DNA from: Azolla caroliniana
Taxonomy: Eukaryota > Plantae > Polypodiophyta
Reading direction: 5' to 3'
Length of the DNA: 64,000 nt
Assembly (NCBI GenBank): GCA_043228905.1
Contig: JBHGNT010000002.1
Location: forward strand, 22,816,001 to 22,880,000
This document shows positions 35,462-49,866 of this stretch, piece by piece. The notes under the pieces were generated by a model. The model had not been told where the DNA came from. It was given only the letters and a program-made list of their open reading frames with translations, and did no database searches. The position numbers were made by a program, and so were the translations under genes. Position 1 is the first letter of the stretch, and every line of letters starts with the position of its first letter.

Positions 35462-37738
35462 GATTCCAATTTCGTCACATGTTGCTGTCTTAGCTACAGG
35501 TTACTCCAATTTTTCTTTATTTACCAGTCGGGAATAATTGCTCTGCATTATATCTACAGCGGATGATTGTTGTCCTTATATTATTGCGGTTGAATAATAT
35601 TAGTAAATTTCTATAACTCGTAAATTTCTATGATTGTTTTGTGAATGGTTTTATAGTTATTGCGATTATTGATCATGACCCAATATGTATCTCTTCTTTT
35701 TTACTTAGCTTTGATCCATGGGCAAACAGTTCTTTCTTTTCCGGGTAGCTTTTGCATAGCTGAAGTTTTAAACCTAACTTGGATGCATGTTCTAATTATT
35801 TTTTCTTTGTACTGAGCTTATCTGATTGTTCTTTCACGCCAGGCCTATTCCTTTGTATTGTTTTTTTGCGGCCGTGGTTTTTTTGACCCACAGAGATGAA
35901 CAAGTCCATATTTGGTCTTTTAGGTCAGTCTGGCCTCGCAAAAATGCTTTAAAATGTTTTTCTTTGGTTCCATATGTTTTTCCTCTCTGGAGGCATTTGT
36001 TGTTCATCCTGGCCAATGCTGACAGTGCTCTTCCTTGACAGAATCGAGCCAGATGGATGCTCACTAATGTCTACAAGATGTCACTATGTGATGTGGGAGT
36101 TAGAAAATGAGCACAATGTCGGCATTATGGTTTCTGTGCCGTCAGTTTGACCACGTTACTTACTGTTTATTCTATTGTAGAGTGTAGGGAAACTGAATGC
36201 ATGAACATCTGCTCTTTGGTGGACACATTACCACGAGATTTTGATTGAGCGACGCACATGCACAGATACACATCCTAGGTACCATGAACTGTTTTTGGTC
36301 CAAACACACGTACACAAAGGTTTGGTCCCTTGACAAAATTAGGAAGCAACATCCTGAACCGTATGAGTTCTGGTCTCTTTCCATTTGTCTAGATGCCTCT
36401 GTATCAAACTTCAAGTCTACATGATAGTAATGGTTTCCTATTGAATCATGTAACAGTTTGTCGTACCATTGTGTTAAAAAAAAAGTCCAAAATTTTCTGC
36501 CAAAGATTTACTTGGGACGGAACCATTTTTACCTTTTTTATTTTTTCCTACATTCAAGAACCTGCATCTATAGTTTAAAAATTGTTCAACAATACATTGT
36601 TCTATTGGAAGAAAAACATGCTTCTTCATCTCAGTACTCCATGCAAAATGGCCTGCATTACATGTAATTCCGTTGTTTTTAAGTACAAACATTACTATGT
36701 TCCCCTGGAGGAGAAGTATAGTAGAGTTCATAAAGTATGGGTGGTTTTGAATGACATTGTGTAGGAGAAGATCATGTAGGTGTTGCATATGGCCGTGTAG
36801 GGAATGATCTTCCATCACCAATGGAGGTGGTCAAGTTACTACAATCAAATGGAGTGAGGAGAACCATGGTGTATGACAGTGATGTTGATGTACTACGAGC
36901 CTTTATGGGATCTGGCATTACAGTTATTGTTCACACGACCAATGCGCTTCTTCCAATACTCGCGTCTGATATCTCTGTTGCGACAGCATGGATAGACACC
37001 AATATTGCTCCATTCGCCACTGCCATTTCACACATCTCCGTTGGCAATGAAGTTCTCGGCACCAATAACCAATCACAATATTCCATGTTCCTCAACCGTG
37101 CCATCCACAATGTGTACAATGCTTTGGTGTCAGTCAATCTCCATGAATCGATCCTTGTCTCCACTACCCATGCAGCTGCTGTTCTTGATCCCTCCTCTTT
37201 TCCTCCCTCTTTGGGTCACTTTAGTTCTGACATTGTCCCTGACATCATGCCCATCCTTAACTTTTTGTCGTCCACAGGTGCACCTTTCATGGTGAACGTG
37301 TACCCATTCATTGCTTATATTGCATCATCTCAAAACATACAACTCCCATATGCCCTGGGGTCAGGAAATGTTCAAATACCTGATTTTAACTCTGGGCTCA
37401 TTTACACAAGCCTTTTTGATGCACAAGTTGACACATTCATCTCAGCTATCGAGAAGTTAGGTTTCGACAATATTTCTTTGATTGTGACCGAGACAGGATG
37501 GCCATCGTATGGCCACCCATCTGCCACACTTGCAAATGCACAAGCTTACAATGGCCACATACTTGAACATGTAGTGAGTAGTCGTGGCACACCCAAGAGA
37601 CCTAGCACACCCATCCAAACCCAGATCTTCGCCCTCTTCAATGAAAATCAAAAGACAGGTGCAGAATATGAACAACATTTTGGTATCTTTTTCCCGGACC
37701 AGACCAAAGTGTATGATATTAGCTTAACACCAACATAA
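35418..37738 (+). CDS. Glucan endo-1,3-beta-glucosidase (GH17, PR-2-like; no X8 or GPI tail)
   Basis: Exon 2 36765-37738: VGVAYGRVGNDLPSP, catalytic VGNE and VTETGWPS, VNVYPF, FALFNENQK, EQHFGIF. Putative signal-peptide exon 35418-35499 (MARCSIHFCLWYCWMIPISSHVAVLAT) with the phase-1 intron typical of plant GH17 genes; exon 1 is less certain. Confidence 0.88.
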
Positions 37739-38623
37739 AGGGATTAAATCTGGTATTTCTACCATTCTTTCTTAAGAGTAGACGTGTACACAAATAGTTA
37801 AGAGCATTTTATTGGATTTCTGTGGCTCTATCATAAACGCAGTACAGAGAGAGTCCTAGTTACATACTCAAGATTGTCTTCAATGGGGTACTGGGATATT
37901 AGGTTTGTGAGTTCCGTTAAGTTAACTCAACCTCTTGTCATTAAAGTCTTGTGTGCTGAATAAAGAAGTAATATAAAACAGTTATGTAACTTCAAGGAGA
38001 ACTTTTTTGGGCATCAAACAAATGTAGCACATGTAAACATAATTGGTGTGATTTAAATGGACAACTGAAAAATGCCATATCTTGTCAAACTTCTTGGTTA
38101 AGTTTTTCTAACACCTTACATTTTGATTCCCTAGCATGCTGGAGAGTTTCCTTAATACAGAAGGCTCAGTTTTGCTATATGTTGTGCATGCAACAGCAAC
38201 ATTAGGGCCAACAATTGTTCAAAACCATTCCTTGTAGCATCTTTCTATGACCCTTAAAAATGAGATTTGGCAAATAGCTCACCATGTTATATTATTGGCA
38301 GGACAAGATGAAAACTTAATAATACAATCAACATCTTGATTTGGCAAGTGTTTCCTTATTTCATCCAATGTGAGGTGAACTCACAAAATGATTCCAAGAT
38401 GTTGCTAAATCTGTGTATAAAGTCTAGACACACCTGACGAAGAAGACAATCTATATATACATTTGTTCAAGTATTCATTGGAACTAGCAGATATACAAGC
38501 CTTCAACACCACTGAGTTCACAGTATAGTCTACATCTATAACTTATTGCATGTGTAGAATATAAACAAAACACATACAATATAGTGGTAATAGAGTAAAA
38601 AACATTTATATTTATGAGATATG

Positions 38624-41600
38624 TCAGAATTCACGATCAGGAAAAAGCAATGGTGCTACCAAAGACCATATGAAAAGCCCTCCAGTGAACCATTCAGTAC
38701 ACATTCGCACCCACACCGATGACCAACCGATATCAACGAGTTCTTCTGATTCGGTACCCGCACTTGTCCATCCTGTTAGGAGCATTCCTGAATACATGCT
38801 TGCGAGGGCAAATATTATGTGGAAGAATGAATAAACATATGACACTGGCTTTGACTCGCCTTTCTTATCTTCTTTGCTGCTGCCTTCTTCCAAAAGAGCC
38901 TTGCTTTCACCTGTACATCACATCTTTCTCTCTGTCTCTCTCCATAAATAGCGATGTATTAATTATGGAAGTCGAATTACAGTTCATGGAATATGATACG
39001 CTATTGGCTCACCCAAAGATCAATAAGGTTCTCATGACATTCCTCTTCTCTCGATATATTGTTAAGAACCTACACAGTCCCATGCGATAAAGACTGATGG
39101 AAATGACAAACATGATGCCTTACCAACCTACAAATCCCTAATTCCTCCTATGTCAACCTCCCCAAAGTCTCCAACAACAAGAACTGCCATACCAATATGC
39201 CTTTTAATCGTCGAACCCCATACTAAGAATAAAAATGAAGGCATTCCACAATCAAGAAATGTAGGTAAATGAAAAAATGGTCAGATTAAGAATGCCATGA
39301 AGCTTGAAAGTGCCTTATAAGTTTGGATGTAGTCATTGATAAAGAAATTTATCGAAAGCATTTGCATGAGAATAAAAGACTTATTCAATGAAATAGAAGC
39401 ATATGGTAAGCTAATCAATAGTTTCTCCAAACACAAGAGAAAGCACATGCATGTTGTACATTTTGGGGAAATAATGTGTTGAGAGTTTTGATGACCCAAC
39501 TCTTCTAGCCTTTTCTATGCATTGCAAGGATCTATATGAACTATCAATTACTGGAAAGATGATGTGTTATGGTTTTCTTTAATAAATGCCTCCCACCTTT
39601 ACAATTGAAGATGTATGCATAGGTATTAAGAAATTGGCCTCTTGAAAGGCAAGTGATCTTGAATGTATAAAGGCAAAATATTCAAATGGATGGGAAAGGA
39701 AGCACATGAATGGATATGTGACAATCATGGGTTCATCTCTTAGAAGTTAAAATATGAGCAATCCCCCCCTCTCTCTCTAACATGGCTTATATAAACTGTT
39801 ATTAGACATTATATCAGATGTCACTTGAGGCAACTTTTTTGGTCTCAGAGGTGATTTTTCACCTTTTGAAGTTTCTAATATAATACTCAAATGGATGGGA
39901 AAGGAAGAACATGAATGGATATGTGCCATGTATATCAGACGTCACTTGATGTAAAAAAAATTGGTCTCAGAGGCGATTTTTCACCTTTTGAAGTTTCTCA
40001 TATAATTCTCTGAAATGTGTTAATGCTATGAGTTTCTAAAACCCTGAACTCTAAACCTTACACCCTAAACCTCAAACTTTCCGGTCATGTTGTACATTTC
40101 CAAATTATATCCTTAATGGTACACCACAATTTGTCGCTATGGCCTATATACATCATTCTACTTTGATCACAGCCTTAGCAATTATGCAGGATTAACAATC
40201 GGTGTTCATGGGCTGATGCACTCACAGCCTACCTCTCCCAGTATATATCCAATATTACAGCACAATTTGGACCTATTAGCCCTATATAACTCTACTTTGA
40301 AGACAGCCTTAGCAGTTGTGAAGGAATAGTAATCTAGTCATGGTACAATTTATTTTTGCTTTTATTTTACCAAACTTCTTTGACATTCCCATGGATGTAG
40401 GGTTGTGTCTCATAGGTTACTCTGGTTTTTTGAAGATGTTAATATAACATTTCATTTAATTTTCTCTCTCAAAGTCCATATTGTGCTGGGCTAAGTCCTG
40501 TTCCATCAATCATATTTCATCTTCTGTTGACATCAATAATGTATGTAAGCATCTCAATGCAAATTGAAGTTCCTTGCACTAGGCTTGAGCCCACAACCTT
40601 ATTGAAGAAGAAAAACAGAAAGCAATTTTCACATGTGGAAGTGGGTGCTCTAAATGCAAGTGGGTACTTCAGTATTGATACACACCCTAAGGCTACACAT
40701 AAAATATGCACATTTAGGTAATGAGCCCCTTTCTAAGATCTGTTGGCTTAAATAAATTCTTCGCTGTAGAGTAGAACCACTCCACCTTACTAGAAATCCG
40801 TCTATAAAATATTCCTTTGTCCCATATAGCATGAAACTCCAATCGTTCTAGCTCTGCCTGTTGTGTATTACCTCTTATGTTATCCAAAGAACTCTAAATG
40901 CAAGGTCAAGTCAAGGTACAAGAAGTAAATAAGATATTCACTCTTTAAACTGTGCAGAGAATTAGGATTGGTGCGCACCCAACATTTTTCATTTAAAATA
41001 GCTATAATTTACAATATTATGTAGCATTTACAAATGTCATTTTAATGTTTACAAATAAAATAAAAAATCTTGAGCAATTAGAAACAGTTTTTCCAATTTA
41101 TAGCTTTATTGCGTCAAGTTATGTATCTATTCTAGTTCAGTCCTGTTGGGAGATCTTGATGATTCATTTTGGCTCTCTAGGATTTGCTAGCTATACATAA
41201 TAATCATCTGGATATTTGGTCATATAGACGGGATATCTTCATATTTCAACTAGGGTCTTTAGGATTTGCTTCAAACTATACATGATTTTGTAACACGATT
41301 CAAGAAAGAAGCAAAATTCTTCACGGTTCCTTTTTATTCACAAGTTAAAAATATGATGACTTATAATTGCAAGAGAAAAAAACGGACCACAAATATTGCT
41401 CTAAGATAGCATAAATAAATACTAATAGTACCATATCATGTAGTAGAAATGAGATATTAGAAAAAATAATGACATGAGACCAAGAAAGAATAAAACAAAG
41501 CATACCACGAGGAGAGGAAGGTGGTGAAAGAAAGGTAGTAGATGATCCTGCACGGACAGCTGAATATGCAACCGACAAAATTGTAGTCAAGAGCCCTACA

Positions 41601-43628
41601 ATAAGTGTGCTTGTTGACACTGCAGTTGAGTGATTATGCAAACCATTGCAAGCATAATCACGGGGCTCACTTGAAAGCCCTGTGTAGCAAACATAAGCAC
41701 AATAGAGGGAGACTATAGAAGCTGGAAGAAGACTCCCATTAACCTGTTAGATGCCAAAGTAAGTTAAACCTTACACCTCCCTCTCTCTCCTAATTTCTTT
41801 GAGAAATCAATCCTTGCCAGTCTATTTTGTAAAAGGTTCTAAATCTTTACAGTACCAAAATTGCCAAAGTGAGAAAAGCATCAGTTCAAGCAACTCCTAC
41901 TGACAATTCATAATAAAGGTGATCGGTGAGAATTAGCCATGTTTAACACGTTTTCCACGCATGCTTACTAACACCCAGTTATCAGATAATACCTTATGTT
42001 GATAGGTATCAAAGATGTGGCTATTTCCCTTATAGCAGTTCAAGTGATGCTGGATTCCAATAGGACTAGCTCCTTTGGCCCAAAGAGGATGGTTCTTGCA
42101 TGCATGGATACCCACTTGTCTTACGGCCTTAAAATGTATTTTACATACTGAAGTAAATCAGCTAAATATTAGGTTGATAAAATGCCAGGATTACACAGAC
42201 TACTTTACAGAATTTTATGAGATTCGTGGGCACCTGTCTGAGCTCATAAAGTACAGTGTCCAAAGATGTTACAAAAGTTTCCACTAGACATACACAGACC
42301 ACAAGAGACTCTCCTGTCACATCTACCAATCACGTGGATGCAGGTTGTAAAAAGCACATTTGATTTCATCTCTCTTTGCCTTTTAGTACTCAAAGAGCAT
42401 AAAAACAGTTACAGCATACTTAACACTTGGGCAAGTACCTTTGGATGGAAAGTCACAATACAAAACCCAACTGCCAAAATAAGTGTCATCGTAATGAAGA
42501 ATAAATTCAAGGAACAAGATTCACCACTGGGATTAAACCAATAGTACAGGAGACCTGATAATGTGAATGTTCCAAGGTAAGAGATTATGGATGCAGCAAG
42601 CAAAGCACGATACCTGCAGCCCATTTGATTTGAAGAACAAATGAGGAACTTACACATAAGTTTATAAGAAATTCAGAGCCAAGCACACAATACCAAAAAT
42701 CTTCATCTTTCGCAACCCATGCATCGTTCCATGTATGAGTAAAATCTAACAAGATAACCACTTGAACCAGCAAAAATAAACCGGATCCAAAGATGGATAG
42801 GATCACTGCACAAAAACCATAAAAATATCATGTATGACTCTTGATAATCGGATTTATAACATTCGAAGAATTGTTTTGAGTATGTTTAACAAAGTACATA
42901 TCATCTTGTCACGAAATATTTAATATCACATCAATAGCTGCCTAGATTTAGAACATAGAAGCTCCAATTGAAATACGCATTTTATTGACTGAACTTTGAA
43001 ATTCCAGAGTGAGTTTCTAGAGCATTCTTTTGTGGAGTAGAATAGAATTGAACAAGGGGCGTTACCACGATCATTAGCACAAATTGCACAATTGCACATG
43101 TTTTAATTTTGCAGATATATGACAAGAATTGGTAATTTCATTTTTCCAAGAATGAATAGAAATGTTATAACAGTTATTTGTAGGTACAATTACAGTTCAC
43201 TGGGTCGCAAAGTCACAATGTACAAGTCAGCTAGCTAACCTACCACACTACTAGCTTTTATGTTAAGAATTATTAAAAAAGTTTCAATACCCTGAACACT
43301 AGATCAGCCAACATTCTAGTCATATTACTTTGATACTTCTGGTCTAAAACATTTTTCCCTTGAAAAGGGAAACCTTACCATAAACGCTAATGACAGCATT
43401 TGGCAGGAAGAACATTAATATGACAAGGATGATCCAAGCAATCAACTTCATGATCCACCCTCCATGATGCACAGAATCTCGCCAATCCTTCTGATCTTTG
43501 ACGCCTATCATCATCAATGCAAAGATGGCAAAGAATAAAAAGGTCCCTAGGCTTACGCGCAAAGTAGCTTGCATATCCAGCCATTGGGTTGATTGTGATG
43601 ATGTATAGATCCCTAAAAAACCCAAAAA

Positions 43629-43669
<41 letters not shown>

Positions 43670-45289
43670 ACAAAATCCTTGTCACAATCATATGAGGATA
43701 AAAGAAAAGGTACGCTCAACAATGTATCAGAAGACAGAAAGATACATGAGGGAAGGTCCTTGAACAAATAGGGACTAACTCCTGTATTTTATGAATATAT
43801 TTTTGAATTGCAATGGATAGATACCTTGGAATGCGGGCATTCTCATAGAAGAGCTAGGAGCATAATACTCAAAGGATTCAAGATTTAGACAGATATACTG
43901 TACACTCCATGATATGGACAAGAAATGAAAGACAATGAAGAGGACAGCGATTGCAATAACAATTTACTGAGCTCTCAAGTTGAGACATGCTCAACCTATT
44001 TATCTTCTTCATATGAGAATGACCAAATGTGTTCTAATGTCTCTCATGTGGACTTGTACTACAAACTTGAGATGGGAACCCAATGGGAATGCATTTCTAT
44101 CATGCAAAGGTATGGTATTAGAAATCTAATATATAAACAATGAGCATGTCTTTTTCACTTTAAACTTACAAAGTAGGTGTCGACAACTCAATTACAACAG
44201 TGTTATGAGACAAGAAAATAAGAGACTATCAGTATGAAATAGAAGTAAATAATTTTCTAGTCTATTTGAAGTGCCTACATCTTTCTCTGTTCACTACCCA
44301 AGTATTCTGGAAGACCCCTCAACTCTATATTTGCAAATTGCACGTCAATAAGCCATAGCGGGTGCAATAGTGGGTGTTATTCTACGAAATGAATTCCATT
44401 GTTGAAGCCACTGAGTGTGATTAAGCTTTTGGATGTCTAGTCTTTGACCAAGCCATCCAGTCTTTGGAAATTACCATGCACATCAAAAGATGCATACTCA
44501 AACTGTCACTCAACAATGACAAACACGTAGCAAAACTGGTTGCCATGGGTGTCCAAATTACCGAAGGTGCCTGACAGATCAGTAAAACTTTGGTGTCTTT
44601 GGGACGAACTTCAACATAATCTTCATGGTGGAAAATATTTGATCTTAATATTGACTTCTCTCAATATTAAGACAACGCAATAGGTTCCACATGGCATCCA
44701 TCAAATCTTTGGAAAAACATTCTTGAGTAGAGTACCCATGGCTTTTGCAATTAAAGACATTGTCAGTGATCCTTTGGACAACATTCTGCAATACTATATC
44801 CATTATACCCACCCGAATGTGTTCCCAAATGGATTTTCTGGTAATGACTGTTCTGAAAAGCGCAGTATCTATCACCCACAAGAATGTCATGCCTTTGTAA
44901 GTGGAAACAAAATACTGTATACTTTCCTCTTTTGGACATTTGACCATCTATCACCCATGATTATGCGACTGTCCATCTGGACCACGAACCCATCATGCTT
45001 GTTTTCAACAAAATCGAGGAAATCATTACTTGACATCAAAGATGGTTTCCTTGCTTCTGAGATCCCTCCATCTTGGATCAGCCTATTTGGAGATATTTTG
45101 AAGGCTGACATTTTACCATATTTAACTCACAGCATTTTGTTCTTAGTTAATGGGAATATCTAGCACTTCAGGCCGTTTTGATAATCTAGTTATATTTATT
45201 TTGGTTTGTACTTCTCCAAGAAGAAAAGACATCTTAAGATGAAATCTTTAGTTTGATGACATGCGCCATTTTGACCTTTTAAAAGACAT

Positions 45290-45335
<46 letters not shown>

Positions 45336-45385
45336 TTTGGTCTTAAGATGTCAATTTGACCCTCAAGTAGACAGTTTGTGAGTAC

Positions 45386-45458
<73 letters not shown>

Positions 45459-45658
45459 ATATATACACAGACACAGAGAAAGCAAGAAGACTAACATGAA
45501 ATTCTTCGCATAAGAGGAGCTGCGCATTCACGGAGGATCCATGCGAGGATGAGGGAAAGAGAGAAGAGCGCGCAGTAAGCAAGGCGAGCCGATCTTCGAG
45601 CAATCTCGGAAGCAGCAGAGCCACAGAGACCGAAACAACAAGAGAAACAGCTACCCAT
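38624..45658 (-). CDS. SERINC: Serine incorporator (Serinc/TMS) family membrane protein
   Basis: Exons 45496-45658, 43379-43612, 42694-42805, 42439-42613, 41506-41743, 38624-38910, all in phase; RRSARLAYCALF, LRVSLG, HHGGWIMK, LLPASIVSLYCAY, YSFFHIIFALASMY, LVAPLLFPDREF*. Confidence 0.93.
44400..45160 (-). mobile_element. Degenerate hAT transposase (DUF659-type) remnant in Serinc intron 1
   Basis: Frameshifted peptides IMGDRWSNVQKR, KGMTFLWVIDT and QNVVQRITDNVFNCK resemble the hAT motifs SDGW, FLKSVD and ENVVQVITDNASNC in the right order. Confidence 0.65.
45175..45460 (+). repeat. LINE 3' tail remnant running into (CT)n, (TA)n, (GA)n and (CA)n microsatellites
   Basis: CCATTTTGACCTTTTAAAAGACATTAAT followed by (CT)n; compound microsatellite at 45385-45455. 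Confidence 0.7.
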
Positions 45659-48600
45659 CTCTCTCTATCCTCGACTCCTCAAACCGTATAACATGTCTCA
45701 AAACGACAGAAAAATTTGCACATGAATTTATTATGGGTTTCTGTTGTTTCCTTTGTAAGAAGAGAAGTCTTCGGGGAGGAAGAAGATCTCCATTGGAAGC
45801 AGAAGCAATTCGCCCACATACTTGTCCAAAATGCATGTTGTTCTTTGTTCATGTCTCTCTGTCTTATGTACTGCAAATGGGCAAATGGGCCTCTCGGACA
45901 ACGGAGAAAATGAAAACATGGCATAAAGAAAATGCCCACGAAACATATAACAATAGTAGACCACCACCACCATTCATTCATTCATTCACTCATTCATGCA
46001 TCCATTCATTCATTCATCGTTGTTGTCCGCCACTCATTCATCGTGCAACACTTTCCACCATCTCAATTCCCATGACACGACGAGTGTTTCCAATCATCTC
46101 GTTCACTTTTCTTAGGGTTCCGGTTATGAATGCATGCAACCTGGGTTTTCGAAACAAAATGATAAAGACAATGGCCTTTGTTCAATCTTGTCCCCCCCCC
46201 CCCCCCCCCCCCCCCATACGATGTAGTGTGATGACTAGTGATTTGAAAATAGGTCTCCTTGTCCACTGTTGTTCCTTCATGTAACAAGTATGTTGGCTGT
46301 TGTTCGAGAAAAATAAATGGCATCATTGACTTATGGTCCTTCCTATAAACAAATGCACAAAGCACTATCGGGACAACAGGTGGCCTACTTCCACTACAAT
46401 AATGTCAACCAAATCTTTGAACCTTTGAATAAAAAATATTTGTAAGGGAGACGAATTCCCAATTAAAAGATAGGTTTTTTCACAATTTCATTATATTTTC
46501 TAATAAATTCCTATCACTGAATAGGTTGAAAGAAGACCTTATCGATTAGGCAAGGAGAATTCTGTGCAAACTCCCAAGAGAGAGATTGGTGGATCCAAGA
46601 CCATGACATATTAACCACCATCAACTTCATCTTTGGATTGATGGTACTGTTATACATAAATCCGTCATTACACTTGGATGAGGCGTACTCATTACCACAT
46701 ATACGTGACACATCTGCAAATAGCAAAGAGAACATTCAACATTGCTACATGCACCTTTGATTGACAAGAACCTTAGAGCTAACTATATTGTTCACACAAG
46801 GGTTCCAAGTATGGAACATCAAGACCTGAGCCAACATATGTTTATTGGAAATATTAAATGTGACTTGCCTAAATCACTAATTCATGAACAATTTAAACAT
46901 GCTGAAATTCATTGAATACATTTTTTATTGTCTTAGGACTCAACATTATAGTTGTTGCTAACTCTATGACATGTCACAAAACACACATTTCGTGGAACCT
47001 ATTAGAACATCATGGAAGGCTATGAAAGTTTGTGGGACATGACAAAAGGTTCTAGTAAATCATGGGATTCATAATGGACTTGTATAAAAGGAGTTATAAG
47101 TTTAACTTATAGCAAGGGTCCACGGACACTTATAACTTATAGCAAGGGATTTCCTCCAATAAATAGACACCAATGATCAAGTAACATTTTATTGTACTCT
47201 TGTCTTGCATTGAATACATTTCTATTCATTGTAGCTTTGTCCTACCTCGAGAATATTTCCTTTTTCAATACTCTCCTACCTTGCTCAAACTAGCTACCAT
47301 ATCCCAATACAATCATGCTATGGTGTACCTCATGCCGTATATTTGGTGACATTGCATAAATTGGAATATAAATTCAAAATTACGTTGACCATGAGATCCT
47401 TCAAATATATCAAATCCCTAGTCATAATAGTCCTCATGCCAAGTTAAGTCAAATAACTATATGCGTGTATATTAATTTGATTTGCTCAAGCTATATTTGA
47501 TTCACAAAATGTAGTAAACAATTCTTGAAAAAAAAAGCTATCATTGTAGCACAAACCAAGAAAGTACAATATTTGACAATATCATACCCACAAGAATGAT
47601 TCATGAGGGGACACATAATCTAATAAAGGCATGGTTGCGTTCAACAAAAGTACTTTACTTGTTTCAAAAACCTCAAAACTTGCTTGTGGAACTTCTTGGG
47701 TGTGTTTAAATTAATGGTCATTTACTTGAAAAGAATCAATATAAGTCGCTCTGTGTGCATGATTGCTCTATGGGAGCCTCATGTTGATGTTGGAACAAGC
47801 TTAAAGCTTAGTAGCTCCAATTCAAGAAAAGTTTAATTGCAAAACCGCAACAAGACTCAATACAATATTTACATGATTGTACTGAACAAAACAAACTTAC
47901 TTGCATTGATTTGCTAAGGCTAAGGCTATAGGTCCAATGAAACAAACATATACATGCATATGTATATGTATATGTACCCCAATGCGTCACCATCCACACA
48001 GAGCTCTTGCCCGTTGCGTCCTTGAACCTTATACGGCTTGTTGAGGGGATGCTTGGGCAAACAAGCTACAATAGTCAAAGACTCCATGGCTCATGGAATC
48101 CCACAATTGTCCGTCACAAGAACCAAAAACATGTTACAACTCCCTCTAAGTGAAAAACTAAACCCGAATGAAAAGGCCCCAAGGTGTCGAGGGCATGCAT
48201 GAACATTTCAAATAGGGCTTTGACTACTACACATTTCTCAAATTTGGACTTTTTAAATTGGTCAATACTTGAACTAGTTCAATAACATTGACATGTAAGA
48301 CCACTAGTTGGTTTACACATTCTTGAAGCAAAAATAATCCCTTTTCAACTAAAAGACAATACTCTTAACATCCTAGGTTTACTATTAGGTAAATTGTGCA
48401 TGTCAAGTGGGAATACCTTTACTTGCTCTCCACTCAAGCTTAACCTCTTATATACACAAGATCTTTGCAAAGTATAGCTTAGTGGATAGCTGCAAAAGTT
48501 CTATATAATAAAATAAAATCAAAACATTCTTTCTACTAGGCTAGAATACATACTTTTCTAAGGGCAAATCCTTTCGAAAATTTATTCAACTCAACCTACA

Positions 48601-49866
48601 CAATTATCCTTCTGTAAGATCAACAGGGTTGAAAAGTTTTGCAAGTCACACTATCATTATAGTCAAAGGAAATTACTATGACTTGAGAAAGAAAACTGAA
48701 CAATGCATTCAATGAAGAATAAGAAAAGAACTTTCCTCCAATACTGCACATTAATATAGAAGTACTGATATAAACTCTCCTTATTTAGAAGTAACAAGAT
48801 TGTATACCGAGCATTTGTTTTATTCATAAACTAGCATTTAGTCATCTATCATAGATATACAGAATTGTTATTTCAAAAACTTTCAGTAGCCATTAGTGGC
48901 AATTTAAGTTAGCTCATGCTTACCTTCATTAGAAATAACAATCTTGTACAAGAGGATTCATTTGCCGTAATAATTAGCATTTACTTATTGATCATAAATA
49001 TTCAGAATTGCTATTTTAAAAAACGTGAGGAGTTACTAATGGCAATTTAAGTTGCTCACTAATCACTAATTGACCAAGTTTGATGTGTCATTAAACCCAC
49101 ACTAAAGAGAAATAAATACACCATCTTAGGTTACATTTTCTAAAACTTTAAACCTGAAGTAAAACATGCACCCATGCATATTCAAATCATCCCAACCCTG
49201 TATAAAACCTCCAACATAAGAGGAAAACATATGGGAGATACACATCTGAATCCAAAGCATCCCCAAAAGACAAATCCTCAACCATAAGAGGCAAACACAT
49301 GAATACACACATACAAGTATGCCTTACTATTTTGTATTTACGCTTGTTCAGCATTCCTTGAACTCTTCTTTGACCGTATCACCCTATAAATGCAAATAAT
49401 ATAATAGTAGGGTGACACATTCCAAAAAAAAGCGAGTAAATATGATTGAACATTACAAAATAACACTAAAAACATCTGAGATGAGAGAGAGTTTATAAGT
49501 GTCAAAGTTGTCAATTTCATGGTGATGAGCTTCTGATGAGAAAAGGATTCGACAAGGGCAAAGAACATAAAATAAATCACTTGTAGTTACCCTTGTAATC
49601 TTAAACTTCCTATTTCTCTGGAAGAATGATCACATCGATGCACAATAAATAGCAAAGATGATAACTCAAAAAACAATTATTATCCACAAGTTCAAGATGA
49701 GATGCTTTGCTTTTTTCTGTGTAGACCAGCACGTTTTCTTTCTTTCCAGCTCAAACTTAGAGAAAAGCCTACATGCATCACAAAAATAAAATTCATGGAT
49801 TTTCGTTCAAACTATTTGACTATTTTTCACCTCTAAAGAAAATGACATCACTTACAAGTGTTATGT

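Noticed and set aside
45733-46284. 183-aa ORF upstream of Serinc
   Set aside because: Runs through (CATT)n and poly-C simple repeats; no recognisable motif.
46950-48500. Possible Gypsy LTR remnants
   Set aside because: Only vague compositional resemblance; no paired LTR, TSD or protein motif could be shown.
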